The position numbers and the translations under genes are program-made. The notes under the pieces are model-generated. The model searched no databases and had not been told where the DNA came from. It was given only the letters and a program-made list of their open reading frames with translations. DNA of 61,980 nt, the filler included. It is 8 parts of 8 records of this genome, joined end to end, with 100 filler letters (N's around TTAATTAATTAA, not from the genome) between each part and the next. Parts side by side here need not be neighbours in the genome. Positions count along the whole stretch, not along the records: positions 50,226 to 56,733 come from SRR31147125_52585; positions 56,834 to 61,980 come from SRR31147125_52624; 6 more parts are not named here. The stretch is one strand, 5' to 3'. Shown here one piece after another: positions 52,406 to 61,980 of the stretch; the stretch's first letter is position 1; each line of letters starts with the position of its first letter.

Positions 52406-55243
52406 ATGACTCGCCGTTTACAATTTGCTCTGATTTTACTAATATTTTCAGCTATTTTTATTAGTTTTCCTATTTCAGCTTTTTGCTCATCCCCAATTAA
52501 AATCACCGCAAATTTAGACCAAACTAATATTGGTGAAAGCATGTTTATTCTTGAAGATAAACAAAGTTCACTGACTTACAAAGATGTCAGAAGCGGTCCT
52601 TTTTCAAATGATTTTAAAAAATCGCCTTCACTTCAACCAAATTTTGGAATAACAAGATCGACATATTGGATAAAATTTGAACTTGTAAATACAACCGGCA
52701 CAAATAAAGATTTTCTACTGGTTTCCGGAATACCTTTAATAAAAAATATAGACATTTATATAGAAGATCCATCAGGTGAAATAGAACATAAAAAAGGAGG
52801 AATGAGCCTTAGCGCAAATGAAAAAGAATATAATCATAACTTCCATGTTTTCGATCTAAAGCTTCGGAAAGATATTGTCTACAAGGTATACGCAAAACTT
52901 CAAACACCAGGAACGATGATTCTGGATTTCCGGGTATGGAAACCAGACAGCTTTCATAGCCAGGATCAAAAATTTCATATTCTTGCAGGTTTAAGTGCTG
53001 GTATTTTGCTCATGCTTGCAATATACAACTTCATTCTGTTTTGGGTTTTGAAAGATAAAACTTATTTGTATTACGTTTTGACAATTCTCTTTTTCGGTAT
53101 TTATCAGCTTAGTTTGGGAGGATTATTTCAAAAATTTGTCTTACCAGCAGACTGTTTTTGTCAAATGGAAGTTCACATAGTTACAGCAGGATTGGCACTG
53201 TTCTTCGGATTGCTGTTTTGTTACAATTTCCTGAGCATTCAGGAATATCTGCCACAAACAAGAAAAATAAACATTGGTGTGGGAGTTGCCACTCTACTTG
53301 TACCGATAATAGCTCCTTTCAGTTATTTTCTAAGCAATATCCTTGCTTCAATACTCTCTCTGATTATTTTCACCTCATATTTTATCTTATCGATTGTTAT
53401 TTACCGAAAAGGATATAAAGCAGCCAGATTCTTCATATCTGGATTCACCTTTTTCTTTCTTATGGGGATTATTTTCATTTTCGTAACTCTGGGTCTTATT
53501 GAACCTGATCCTGTTAGTATTTACGGACTGAACCTGGGTTTCTCTATTTCTGGAATTCTTTTATCCTTCGCTCTGGCTGATAGAGTAAATGTTATCAATA
53601 CGATTTTGCAAGACAACCTGATTCAGACTGTTGAGGAAAAAAATAAAGATAAAGAAAAAATCATTAGTTCTCTTCATGATGAAATATCAGAAAGAAGACG
53701 TATTGCCAGAGAGCTGAGGAAAGTAGAAGAACGCTTTCGCATGGCATTTAAAACGAGTCCCGATTCGATTGTTATTACGAGTGCCGATAACAATTCAATC
53801 ATTGATGTAAATGACGGGTTTTGCAAAATAAGTGGATATAAGCGTGAAGAAATAATTGGCAAACAGGCCAGCCTTATGTATGTCAGTGACAATGACAGGC
53901 ACGAAATAACCAAGACTTCACTTGAGGGAAAATCAATTAGAAATAAGGAAACAGCTTTTAGATTAAAAGATGGTACAACAAGAATTGGTCTTATCTCCAC
54001 TAGCCCATTTGCCCTCAATGGAATTCCGCACATATTGTCAATTGTAAGAGATATTACTGATTGGAAAAGAGCAGAAAAAGAAAAATCAGAGCTTGAATTC
54101 CAGATCAATCAGATTCAAAAAATGGAAGCTATCGGCAGAGTTGCAGGCGGAGTCGCACATGACTTCAATAATTTATTAACCGGTATCATGGGGAACATCT
54201 CGCTGATAATGATGGATGCCGATAAAGAATCGGAAACATATAACATTCTGGATGACGTTCAAAGTGCTTCCAAACGAGCGGCAAATCTTACAAAACAACT
54301 TTTAGCCTTTAGTAGAAAACAAATAATCAACCCCAAAATTATTAGTGTCAACGATGTAGTCAATGGCGTTCAAAACCTTCTTAATAGAATGTCTGGAGAA
54401 GATATAAATCTTGTCATTAACACTAGTGAAAAAACTGGAAACATCTACTTTGATCCAAGCCAACTTGAACAAATCATTCTAAATCTGGTGGTAAACGCAA
54501 AAGATGCAATGCCGCAGGGTGGAAAAATAGCAATAAAAACAGGCAACTTGGAGCTGGATGAATCGCATACTCAAAAATATGCATATGTTAAACCTGGTGA
54601 GTATGTTTATCTCTGGGTCAGTGATACAGGAACAGGAATTCCGGAAGATGTTATTTCTCACATTTTCGAGCCTTTCTTTACTACCAAACCCAAAGGAAAA
54701 GGAACCGGTTTGGGATTGGCAACAGCGTATGGAATTGTCAAGCAACATGAAGGATATATCCACGTATACTCTGAATTGGGAATAGGAACAACTTTCAAGA
54801 TCTCGCTGCCCAGAGTAAAAGGAGAAAAGGAAGATATCATACATGTCGAAAAGGAAGCCAAAAAAGAGCTTACCGGAAACGAAGTAATCCTTATTGTTGA
54901 AGATGAAGATATCGTCAGAGATATTGCCTACAAATCTCTCAAAAAACTAGGTTACTCTGTTTTGTCTGCCCAAAGCGGTGAAGAAGCTTTGGAAATAAGT
55001 TCCAAGTTTAAAAAACGAATCGATTTGCTTCTAAGCGATGTTGTCATGCCAGGTATTTATGGAAATGAATTAGCAAAGAAACTTTCCCCGACCAGACCGG
55101 AAATGAAGGTGCTATTTTCATCAGGTTATGCGGAAGATGTTATCATCCATCATGGAGTTCTTGACGAAGATGTCAACTTCATTGCCAAGCCATATTCCAC
55201 TCAAAAATTGGCGGAAATAGTCCGCGAAGTGCTTGATAGTTAG
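52406..55243 (+). CDS. 7TM-DISM, PAS, histidine kinase and receiver hybrid sensor
   Basis: NFGITRSTYWIKF (DISMED2), 7 TMs (LAIYNFILF...LLSFALADR), PAS, AHDFNNLL, NLVVNAKDAM, FFTTK..GKGTGLGLA and a receiver (ILIVEDE, LLLSDVVMP). Confidence 0.92.
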   Translation: MTRRLQFALILLIFSAIFISFPISAFCSSPIKITANLDQTNIGESMFILEDKQSSLTYKDVRSGPFSNDFKKSPSLQPNFGITRSTYWIKFELVNTTGTNKDFLLVSGIPLIKNIDIYIEDPSGEIEHKKGGMSLSANEKEYNHNFHVFDLKLRKDIVYKVYAKLQTPGTMILDFRVWKPDSFHSQDQKFHILAGLSAGILLMLAIYNFILFWVLKDKTYLYYVLTILFFGIYQLSLGGLFQKFVLPADCFCQMEVHIVTAGLALFFGLLFCYNFLSIQEYLPQTRKINIGVGVATLLVPIIAPFSYFLSNILASILSLIIFTSYFILSIVIYRKGYKAARFFISGFTFFFLMGIIFIFVTLGLIEPDPVSIYGLNLGFSISGILLSFALADRVNVINTILQDNLIQTVEEKNKDKEKIISSLHDEISERRRIARELRKVEERFRMAFKTSPDSIVITSADNNSIIDVNDGFCKISGYKREEIIGKQASLMYVSDNDRHEITKTSLEGKSIRNKETAFRLKDGTTRIGLISTSPFALNGIPHILSIVRDITDWKRAEKEKSELEFQINQIQKMEAIGRVAGGVAHDFNNLLTGIMGNISLIMMDADKESETYNILDDVQSASKRAANLTKQLLAFSRKQIINPKIISVNDVVNGVQNLLNRMSGEDINLVINTSEKTGNIYFDPSQLEQIILNLVVNAKDAMPQGGKIAIKTGNLELDESHTQKYAYVKPGEYVYLWVSDTGTGIPEDVISHIFEPFFTTKPKGKGTGLGLATAYGIVKQHEGYIHVYSELGIGTTFKISLPRVKGEKEDIIHVEKEAKKELTGNEVILIVEDEDIVRDIAYKSLKKLGYSVLSAQSGEEALEISSKFKKRIDLLLSDVVMPGIYGNELAKKLSPTRPEMKVLFSSGYAEDVIIHHGVLDEDVNFIAKPYSTQKLAEIVREVLDS

Positions 55244-55504
55244 CTGCCCTAAAAGTCCAAAAATCAACAGAAATTCTTTAGTATTTTCTATGTCCTTTTA
55301 GGCACTTCTTCGTCACTTTATGGTATTTTTTCAATACTTACCTTGGTATTACTTGGTTTGCAAACTCACTAATTCTCAATTTATTTCACGTTTTCACAAA
55401 AGAAACGCTTTCTCTCTTGACAGTTTCAAGAGTATCCCTTATTAATGCTCTACCTTTAAAAACCTGAATTATTTCATCAGGTTAACAGTTTCTCGGAGAA
55501 CATA

Positions 55505-56733
55505 ATGCCCTCGAATAAATCACAAATTCTTCTGTCTTCGCTGGAGCAGTATCATAAAAGCTTGAAATTCGATGATACATTCGAGATCGATGGACTCCAC
55601 CAAACATCCGCAGCGGCATTCATTTGCGACATTTTCCAATCGACTGGCAAACCACAATTGGTTGTTTGTCCGGATGATGAAGATGCCAGACAATTGACAA
55701 GTGATATCAGATTTTTACTCGGTAAAAGTGATGATGATCCAGAAGCTCTTTTCGAGCGCAAAGTTGTAACTTTGATTCCTGATGATCTTTCTCCCTATGA
55801 AGGAAAGAAATTTATCACAGGACGTTCAAGGCAAATGGAACTAATCAATGTACTTTATTGCCTTTCTCAGCCATTCAGACCTCCGATTACAGTCACAACC
55901 GCTCTCGGTTTGATGCGCCAATATTTACCGAAAAGCGTACTTCTGAAACAAACCGAATATTTGCTTGCAGGGGCGGATATAGATCGCGATTCTGTGCTTA
56001 AAAAACTTGTTGAGGGAGGCTACTCAACCTCGCCAATTGTTGAAGATGCTGGCACATTTTCGAGTCGTGGCGGTATTGTCGATGTTTTTTCACCATTGTA
56101 TAAGTGGCCGTTAAGACTGGACTTTTTCGGTGATACACTTGAATCGATTCGACTTTTCAACCCAGCGAATCAAAAATCTATCAAACAGCTTGAAGAAGCA
56201 TATGTCATTCCAGTCAGGGAAATAACGCTCAACGATGATAGCAAGCTTTATGGCGGCGAACAATTGCAAACAATGGCAATGGATTTGGGGCAATATGACA
56301 GGAAAATGCAAGCTCTGATAACAGACCTTGAAAACGGTCTTTACTCGCCTGATCTAGATCCATATATGCCTCTGTTCTACGAAGAACTTGTACCTATTTT
56401 TGCATATTTATCATCTGATACCAGATTGTTTTTACATGGTTTCGACACTATTTCATCTCGTATTGATGACAACTGGAAGCGTATGTTGCACCAATTCAAT
56501 GAACGTGAACAAGATCAAGATCTGACTCTGCTTCCTGAAAAATACGTGATTCAGCCTGAAAATTGCATTGATCGCATAAATAAAACGAAACGAACAATAA
56601 CCAAAAACCTTAGTGATTCAACAGGCTTGGAAGTTCCAAGGTTTATGTGGAAGGATCATGAAATTCTTCAGCATGAACTAAAAGGCAGGCGTGGCAGTGT
56701 TTCTATCCTTGAGCCTTTGCTAAATAGATTGCG
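55505..56733 (+). CDS. mfd: Transcription-repair coupling factor, N-terminal part (3' truncated)
   Basis: UvrB-homology module: GY...VEDAGTFSSRGGIVDVFSP...PLRLDFFGDTLESIRLFNPANQKS. Confidence 0.88.
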
Positions 56734-56833
56734 NNNNNNNNNNNNNNNNNNNNNNNNNNNNNNNNNNNNNNNNNNNNTTAATTAATTAANNNNNNNNNNN
56801 NNNNNNNNNNNNNNNNNNNNNNNNNNNNNNNNN
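56734..56833. other. Artificial contig linker
   Basis: N44-TTAATTAATTAA-N44. Confidence 0.98.
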
Positions 56834-56879
56834 GTGCCGCTAGAGACATCTGTGACAGCAATTCCTACACCTCCGAATG

Positions 56880-58127
56880 TCACGTCCCCGTGTTCCAGCT
56901 GGACAGGTACTGCTGCTGCGCTTGGGTGAGGGTATCGATTTTTATGCCTAGGCTTTCCAGTTTCAAAGCAGCGATTCGCTGATCTATCTCGGCGGGGACA
57001 TCGTGCACTCGCGGTTCCAGGTTCTTTTCTTCGGCGATGAACCCGGCGCACAGGGCCTGGTTGGCGAAGCTCAGATCCATGACATCCCCGGGATGTCCCT
57101 CCGCTGCCGCCAGGTTTACGAGCCGTCCTTGGCCGAGCACGTAGATTCTCCTTCCGTCTTCCATACGGTACTCGTCCAGGTTCTCGCGAATGGGCGACTT
57201 TTGCGCGGCGGCTTTCTCGAGGGCCCGCACGTTTATCTCTACATCGAAGTGACCGGCGTTGCAGACAATGGCCCCATCCTTCAGCGCAGCGAAGTGCTTT
57301 TCGTCGATCACATCGATGTTGCCTGTGACCGTGCAGAAGAAATCGCCGAGCTTTGCGGCCCTGGCCATGGATAGCACCTGGTATCCGTCCATGGTGGCTT
57401 CCAAGGCGCGCATCTCGTCCACCTCGGTGACAACAACGCGGGCTCCCATTCCCGAAGCCCTCATGGCCAGCCCCCTTCCACACCATCCGTAGCCGGCCAC
57501 GACGAAGCACGACCCGCAAATCAGGCGATTGGTGGCCCGCATGATGCCGTCGATGGCGCTTTGCCCAGTGCCGTAGCGGTTGTCGAAAAGGTGCTTGGTC
57601 ATGGCATTGTTCACGGCGATGACCGGGTAGGAAAGTGCTTTGCTGGAGGCCATGCTTTGAAGACGTGTCACCCCGGTGGTGGTCTCCTCGGTGCCTCCTA
57701 TAATCTCTTCGAGCAGGTCCTTTCTGCGGGTATGCACCAGACTGATGAGATCGGCTCCGTCATCTATGGTGATGGTAGGGCGAAGGGCCAGGGCGTCATC
57801 AAGGTGCTTGAAGTACGTCTCTCGATCAGCTCCTCGCCGGGCAAATACCTGGACATTGGGCTCCTTTGCCAAAGCCGCCGCCACATCATCTTGCGTGCTT
57901 TGAGGATTGGAAGCGCACAAGCTGACCATCGCCCCTCCCGCCGCCAATGTGCGAACCAGGTTCGCCGTCTCCGCCGTCACATGCAGACAGGCACTAATTC
58001 TCTGCCCTTCGAGGGGTCGCTCGGACAAGAAGCTATCCTTGATGGCCCCAAGAACAGGCATTGCCTGAGCCGTCCAATCGATTTTTTTCCTTCCATTCTC
58101 AATCTGTTTTTTTGATTCCTTTTCCAA
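56880..58127 (-). CDS. ahcY: S-adenosylhomocysteine hydrolase
   Basis: CLHVTAETA, DDGADL, TEETTTGV, KHLFDNRYGTGQS, GYGWCGRG, GHFDVEI and GRLVNLAAAEGHP. Probable start is TTG at 58127 after GGAGG (ORF track start 58157). Confidence 0.96.
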   Translation of the reverse strand: MEKESKKQIENGRKKIDWTAQAMPVLGAIKDSFLSERPLEGQRISACLHVTAETANLVRTLAAGGAMVSLCASNPQSTQDDVAAALAKEPNVQVFARRGADRETYFKHLDDALALRPTITIDDGADLISLVHTRRKDLLEEIIGGTEETTTGVTRLQSMASSKALSYPVIAVNNAMTKHLFDNRYGTGQSAIDGIMRATNRLICGSCFVVAGYGWCGRGLAMRASGMGARVVVTEVDEMRALEATMDGYQVLSMARAAKLGDFFCTVTGNIDVIDEKHFAALKDGAIVCNAGHFDVEINVRALEKAAAQKSPIRENLDEYRMEDGRRIYVLGQGRLVNLAAAEGHPGDVMDLSFANQALCAGFIAEEKNLEPRVHDVPAEIDQRIAALKLESLGIKIDTLTQAQQQYLSSWNTGT

Positions 58128-58203
58128 AGATGGCCTCCACTTTTTGGCTGTTTGCAAGGGATCTCTTCCCTCGCCTGCTTAAAATGTGGCCTTCGGAGAG
58201 AAG

Positions 58204-58248
58204 TTAGTAAAACTACTCTTTCTTAACTGTGGTATAAGTTTTACTAAT
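58204..58248. promoter_or_regulatory. Candidate LysR operator between ahcY and lysR
   Basis: TTAGTAAAACT-N22-AGTTTTACTAA. ATAAGTTTTACTAAT contains a T-N11-A box overlapping the lysR ATG. Confidence 0.55.
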
Positions 58249-59173
58249 GCTACCTGATTTCAATCGACTTCGCGTTTTTCAGCTCGTCATGGAGACGGGC
58301 AGTGTGAGCGGCGCGGCAAAAGAACTCCACGTAACTCAGTCGGCGGTCTCCCAGCACCTTAAAAAGCTCGAAGAGGAGCTTATGACTGCTTTGTTCACTC
58401 GCCTGCAAAACCGGCTGGTTCCAACCGACGCGGCCCTGCGGCTCAATCACGTAGTCGCGCCCTTCGTCGCCCAGGTGGCGAAGGAGCTTGAAAACATCGA
58501 TCGTGGACGAGCGGAGCCTTACGGAACCTTGAAAATCGGCGCACCCGTGGAGTTCGGCACAGGTTTTTTGCCCAAGCTCCTCGCTGGGTTTCGAAAGAAA
58601 AACCCAAAAGTCAGCTTTGAACTCGAACTGGGGCATTCGTCGGAGATTCTCGCAGGACTGGAAGGTGGGCGGCTGGATATGGTCTTTGCAGACATCTTCT
58701 CAAAGAAGCCCGAGCAAAACCCCGACCATGCGCTATTCCACATCGAGCCCGTCCTCACAGAGGAACTGGTTTTGGTTTGCTCCCGCCAGTACATGAAAAG
58801 GCGCCTGTCCGGAGATCAGTCTTTCTCGTCACTGGCCAAGGGAGACTACGTTGCCTACCGCTCGGACGCAGCTGCCATCAAAACCTGGTTTCGATACCAC
58901 CACGGCAAATACCCCCGCCCCTTGAACACCGCACTGGTTGTGGAGAGCGTTCGAGGAGTAGTCGCAGCAATTGGCGCACACATGGGCCTTGGCGTCGTCC
59001 CCTCCCACGTGGTGGAAAAAGACCTCGCCTCCAAAAAACTCATCCTCATAACCCGTCGAAGAAAACCCCTCTCCCACCAGATCTCCCTGGTACGCCTGCT
59101 GGACAAAGTCCCCACCCTCACCGAAAAACAGTTCACGGCCCACGCAACGGTACACTGCGATCTGTTCTCATAG
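58247..59173 (+). CDS. LysR-family regulator
   Basis: DFNRLRVF...GSVSGAAKELHVTQSAVSQHLKKLEEEL...LFTR...LVPT. Confidence 0.93.
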   Translation: MLPDFNRLRVFQLVMETGSVSGAAKELHVTQSAVSQHLKKLEEELMTALFTRLQNRLVPTDAALRLNHVVAPFVAQVAKELENIDRGRAEPYGTLKIGAPVEFGTGFLPKLLAGFRKKNPKVSFELELGHSSEILAGLEGGRLDMVFADIFSKKPEQNPDHALFHIEPVLTEELVLVCSRQYMKRRLSGDQSFSSLAKGDYVAYRSDAAAIKTWFRYHHGKYPRPLNTALVVESVRGVVAAIGAHMGLGVVPSHVVEKDLASKKLILITRRRKPLSHQISLVRLLDKVPTLTEKQFTAHATVHCDLFS

Positions 59174-59197
59174 GCCCTGGTTGGGTATGCTCACAGC

Positions 59198-60439
59198 GTG
59201 GAAATTCTAAATCAGTTTCGTGGAATCCTTGGGGTTGTGGTGCTTCTGGCCATTGCGTGGGCCCTTTCGACCAATCGAAGGAAGATTCCGTGGAGGGTCA
59301 TTGCCTGGGGCCTGGGACTGCAGGTGACCTTTGCTTTGATCATCTTGAAGACCAAGGCGGGAGAAGTCGCTTTTGACTTCGTTCGCAAGGTGGCCACCAA
59401 GCTCATCTCCTTTGCCGGAGACGGCGGCATGTTCCTGTTCGGTACCCTTGGGGAGCCAGGTACCCAGCTCAGCGCCCTGGATTCGGGAGGAACGCCGGTC
59501 AGTTTGGGGTTCTCGGTGGCATTTCAGGTGCTTCCTGTCATCGTATTCTTTTCGGCTTTGATGTCGTTCCTCTACCACTTCGGTCTCATGCAGAAGATAG
59601 TCGCCGGCTTCGCCTGGATCATGAGAAAGACCATGCGCATCTCCGGCGCCGAGTCCCTCTCTGTGGCGGCCAGTATTTTTGTCGGCAATGTGGAATCGCC
59701 CCTGGCGGTCCGCCCCTACCTCCCAACAATGACAACCTCAGAGCTCGCCACGGTGATGACCGCGGGCTTTGCAACAGTGGCGGGTTCGGTGATGGCCGCC
59801 TACATCGGTTTCGGCGTGGACGCGGGACATCTCCTGGCCGCATCGGTGATGAGCGCGCCGGCGACTGTGGTTATCGCCAAGCTCATGTTCCCCGAAACGG
59901 GTACGCCCCAGACCATGGGGGGCGCCAAAATCCACATGGAGAAGCAGACGGTGAACGCCATCGACGCCATCGCATCCGGCGCCGTTCAGGGCCTCAAGGT
60001 TGCGGCCATCGTGGGCGCCATGCTCATCGCATTCATTTCTTTGGTGGCCCTCATCAACTACCTTCTGGGCTTCGCTCATACTTCTCTGGGTGAGATTTTC
60101 GGTTACCTCTTCGCGCCCATCGCGTGGTGTATGGGGGTGTCCACCGACGACACCCTGGCCGTGGGTCAGCTTCTGGGCACCAAGGTGGCCATCAACGAAC
60201 TGGTGGGTTACCTGGAGCTGGTGGAGCTGAAAGAACAGATTTCCGCGCGCTCCTTCACCATCGCCACCTATGCCCTGTGCGGCTTCGCCAACTTCGGATC
60301 CATCGCCATCGCCATCGGCGGCATCGGCGCCATAGCTCCCGAACGCCGCTCGGATCTGGCTCGCATCGGCCTGAAGACAATGCTCGGAGGGGCCCTGGCC
60401 TCGTGGCTCACCGCCTCCATCGCCGGGATGATGCTCTGA
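59198..60439 (+). CDS. nupC: Concentrative nucleoside transporter (NupC/CNT family)
   Basis: AFQVLPVIVFFS, SGAESLSVAASIFVG, GFATVAGSV, ASVMSAPA, INELVGY and YALCGFANFGSIAI. Confidence 0.93.
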   Translation: MEILNQFRGILGVVVLLAIAWALSTNRRKIPWRVIAWGLGLQVTFALIILKTKAGEVAFDFVRKVATKLISFAGDGGMFLFGTLGEPGTQLSALDSGGTPVSLGFSVAFQVLPVIVFFSALMSFLYHFGLMQKIVAGFAWIMRKTMRISGAESLSVAASIFVGNVESPLAVRPYLPTMTTSELATVMTAGFATVAGSVMAAYIGFGVDAGHLLAASVMSAPATVVIAKLMFPETGTPQTMGGAKIHMEKQTVNAIDAIASGAVQGLKVAAIVGAMLIAFISLVALINYLLGFAHTSLGEIFGYLFAPIAWCMGVSTDDTLAVGQLLGTKVAINELVGYLELVELKEQISARSFTIATYALCGFANFGSIAIAIGGIGAIAPERRSDLARIGLKTMLGGALASWLTASIAGMML

Positions 60440-61980
60440 TGAGGTCGTCTCGCCTTTGCTTCCTGACCTTGGTCGCAACCGTTATTGCTTCCTGCGCGGG
60501 GCCGGCTCCAGACACATCAACGGAGGTAGAATCAGATCATCCCACAAAATCCGTACGCCTTCAGTTGCTGGCCATCAACGACTTCCATGGACAGTTGGTG
60601 GGAAGAATGAAAAACGAGCGACGAGAAGGGTCCGCCGCGGCCCTTGCCACATACTTCCGCCGAGAGAGAGCCGAATTCGATGGCGAGACCATAGTCGTCC
60701 AGTCCGGTGATCTGTTCGGTGCGTCCTCCCGGAATCCGCACTTCTCAAGGACGAGCCCACCATGGCGTTTTTCGACAGCCTCGGAGGTGACGGATGCAAA
60801 AAGGGACCCGGGCCCGGCTGTGGCCTGGTGGGAACAGTGGGCAACCACGAGTTTGACGAAGGCCTGGCGGAGCTATTGCGCATGGTACACGGTGGCCCTT
60901 CCCCCAATGGACCGTTCCTTGAAGATCCTTACCCGGGAACAAGTTCGACAATGGTGAGCGCCAATGTGGTGGACGCCCGGACTGGCGAGAAGCTCTTTGC
61001 CCCCTGGACTATCCGGAATGTGGGCGGCGCTCGGATTGGTTTCACAGGGGCGGTGACCACCACCACAGAGCAGATAGTAAGACCGGAGATGATAGAGAAC
61101 ATACGGTTCCTCGACGAGGCAACCTCTGTCAATGAAGCGGTACGAGAGCTCAAGAAACAAGATGTGAGAGTGATTATCGTGCTCCTACACGAAGGCGGCG
61201 ACCAGAAGCCCTATGATGGGCCCACCAGACGTGACGGAGTTAACCTCACCGGTCGTGTGACAGACATTGTCGAAAACCTAGACGAAGAAGTGGATGTGGT
61301 GGTGGCTGGGCACACTCATGAGTTTCACAACGCCTTTGTGCCCGGCGCCGACGGCAAAGAAATACTTGTGGTTCAGGCCCTCCCCGGGGGCAGAGGGTAT
61401 GCCGACATCGAGCTTGAAATCGATTCTTCGAATGGAGATGTGACAAGTTCTTCGGCAGTCATCAAAAGAGTGTTTGCTGATGAGGTTGCTCCAGATACCC
61501 AGGTTGGGGAGATCACCGCCCAAGCCCTCGAGAGGGTGGGTCCCGTGCTGGCAAGGGAAGTGTGCCTAATGGCCAGCCGCGCAACCAGAGACGAAACCCC
61601 CGCAGGAGAATCTGTTCTTGGAAACCTGGTGGCGGACGCTCAGCGAAAAGCGGTCTTGGCCCAGGTGGCTTTCATGAACTCGGGTGGCCTGCGGGCTGAC
61701 CTCGAGAATGGAACCGTCACCTATGGTCAGCTGTTCGCCGTACATCCTTTCGAAAACCTTGTGGTGGCCATGACTCTCACCGGTGCACAAATAGCCGCCC
61801 TACTCCAACAGCAGTGGCAGCCGGACAGGACGCGAATCCTCCAGGTCTCCGGCTTGACCTACACCTGGACAATGGGTGCCGACGGCCCCAGCGTAACCAA
61901 TATCGCCATCGACGGAGAAGGCATCGACTCGGCCCAAGAATACCGTATCGCCGTAAACGACTTTCTGGCTGCCGGCGGCG
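60439..61980 (+). CDS. Lipoprotein bifunctional 5'-nucleotidase/metallophosphatase (frameshift near 60728-60730; 3' truncated)
   Basis: ATG overlaps the nupC stop; lipobox IASC; AINDFHG, SGDLFGAS, then in the next frame GNHEFD, LLHEG, AGHTH, ESVLGNLVADA, NSGGLRA and HPFEN. Confidence 0.9.

Noticed and set aside
56834..56849. Start of a gene downstream of ahcY on the minus strand
   Set aside because: Only five codons are visible before the linker, so it cannot be identified.
58128..58246. SAH riboswitch upstream of ahcY
   Set aside because: I see no GAGGAGCG/CAGGCUC-type core, and the region looks like a LysR divergent promoter. An Rfam scan would settle it.
60124..60438. His/Arg-rich N-terminal extension of ORF 60124..60957
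   Set aside because: It is an off-frame reading of nupC; the real start is the ATG at 60439 with a lipoprotein signal.

Overview
This is not one locus. It is a pseudomolecule of eight unrelated contigs joined by seven identical 100-nt linkers (N44-TTAATTAATTAA-N44). Contig 1 (1-14030, Desulfobacterales-like by inference) is a late flagellar cluster: flgJ, flgN, a giant flgK (~1430 aa), a giant flgL (1032 aa), csrA, fliW, a cryptic ~126-aa mini-flagellin, convergent fliD-fliS-orf-flaG, and a TPR-sulfotransferase. Contig 2 (14131-20768, AT-rich, Clostridia-like) has a peptidoglycan-binding protein, a DUF4317 protein and a sulfur-oxyanion uptake locus (DASS transporter, two YeeD/TusA proteins, LysR, split YeeE). 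Contig 3 (20869-27964, Bacteroidota) has an AraC-TM-TolB/TPR regulator, a GH43-like enzyme, a CBM9-like protein, a PQQ propeller and a GH117. Contig 4 (28065-33387) has an arylsulfotransferase-like/TPR/PhoD fusion, ThuA, a Tat-exported Gfo/Idh/MocA and a DUF3592 protein. Contig 5 (33488-44622, Bacteroidota PUL) has fecR, susC, susD, a GH36-like enzyme and two sulfatases, with a candidate antisense sRNA before susC. Contig 6 (44723-50125, Clostridia-like) has an ABC exporter, a CoA-transferase, an SSS symporter and glpK with a GlpP-type leader. Contig 7 (50226-56733) has hmcB-hmcC-hmcD, a 7TM-DISM hybrid kinase and mfd. Contig 8 (56834-61980, GC-rich) has ahcY, lysR, nupC and a 5'-nucleotidase. 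About 15 frameshifts are each repaired by adding one base, almost always in a homopolymer run, so I treat them as sequencing errors. I found no rRNA, tRNA, CRISPR array or transposase. All family calls come from motif recognition by eye, and taxonomic labels are inference.
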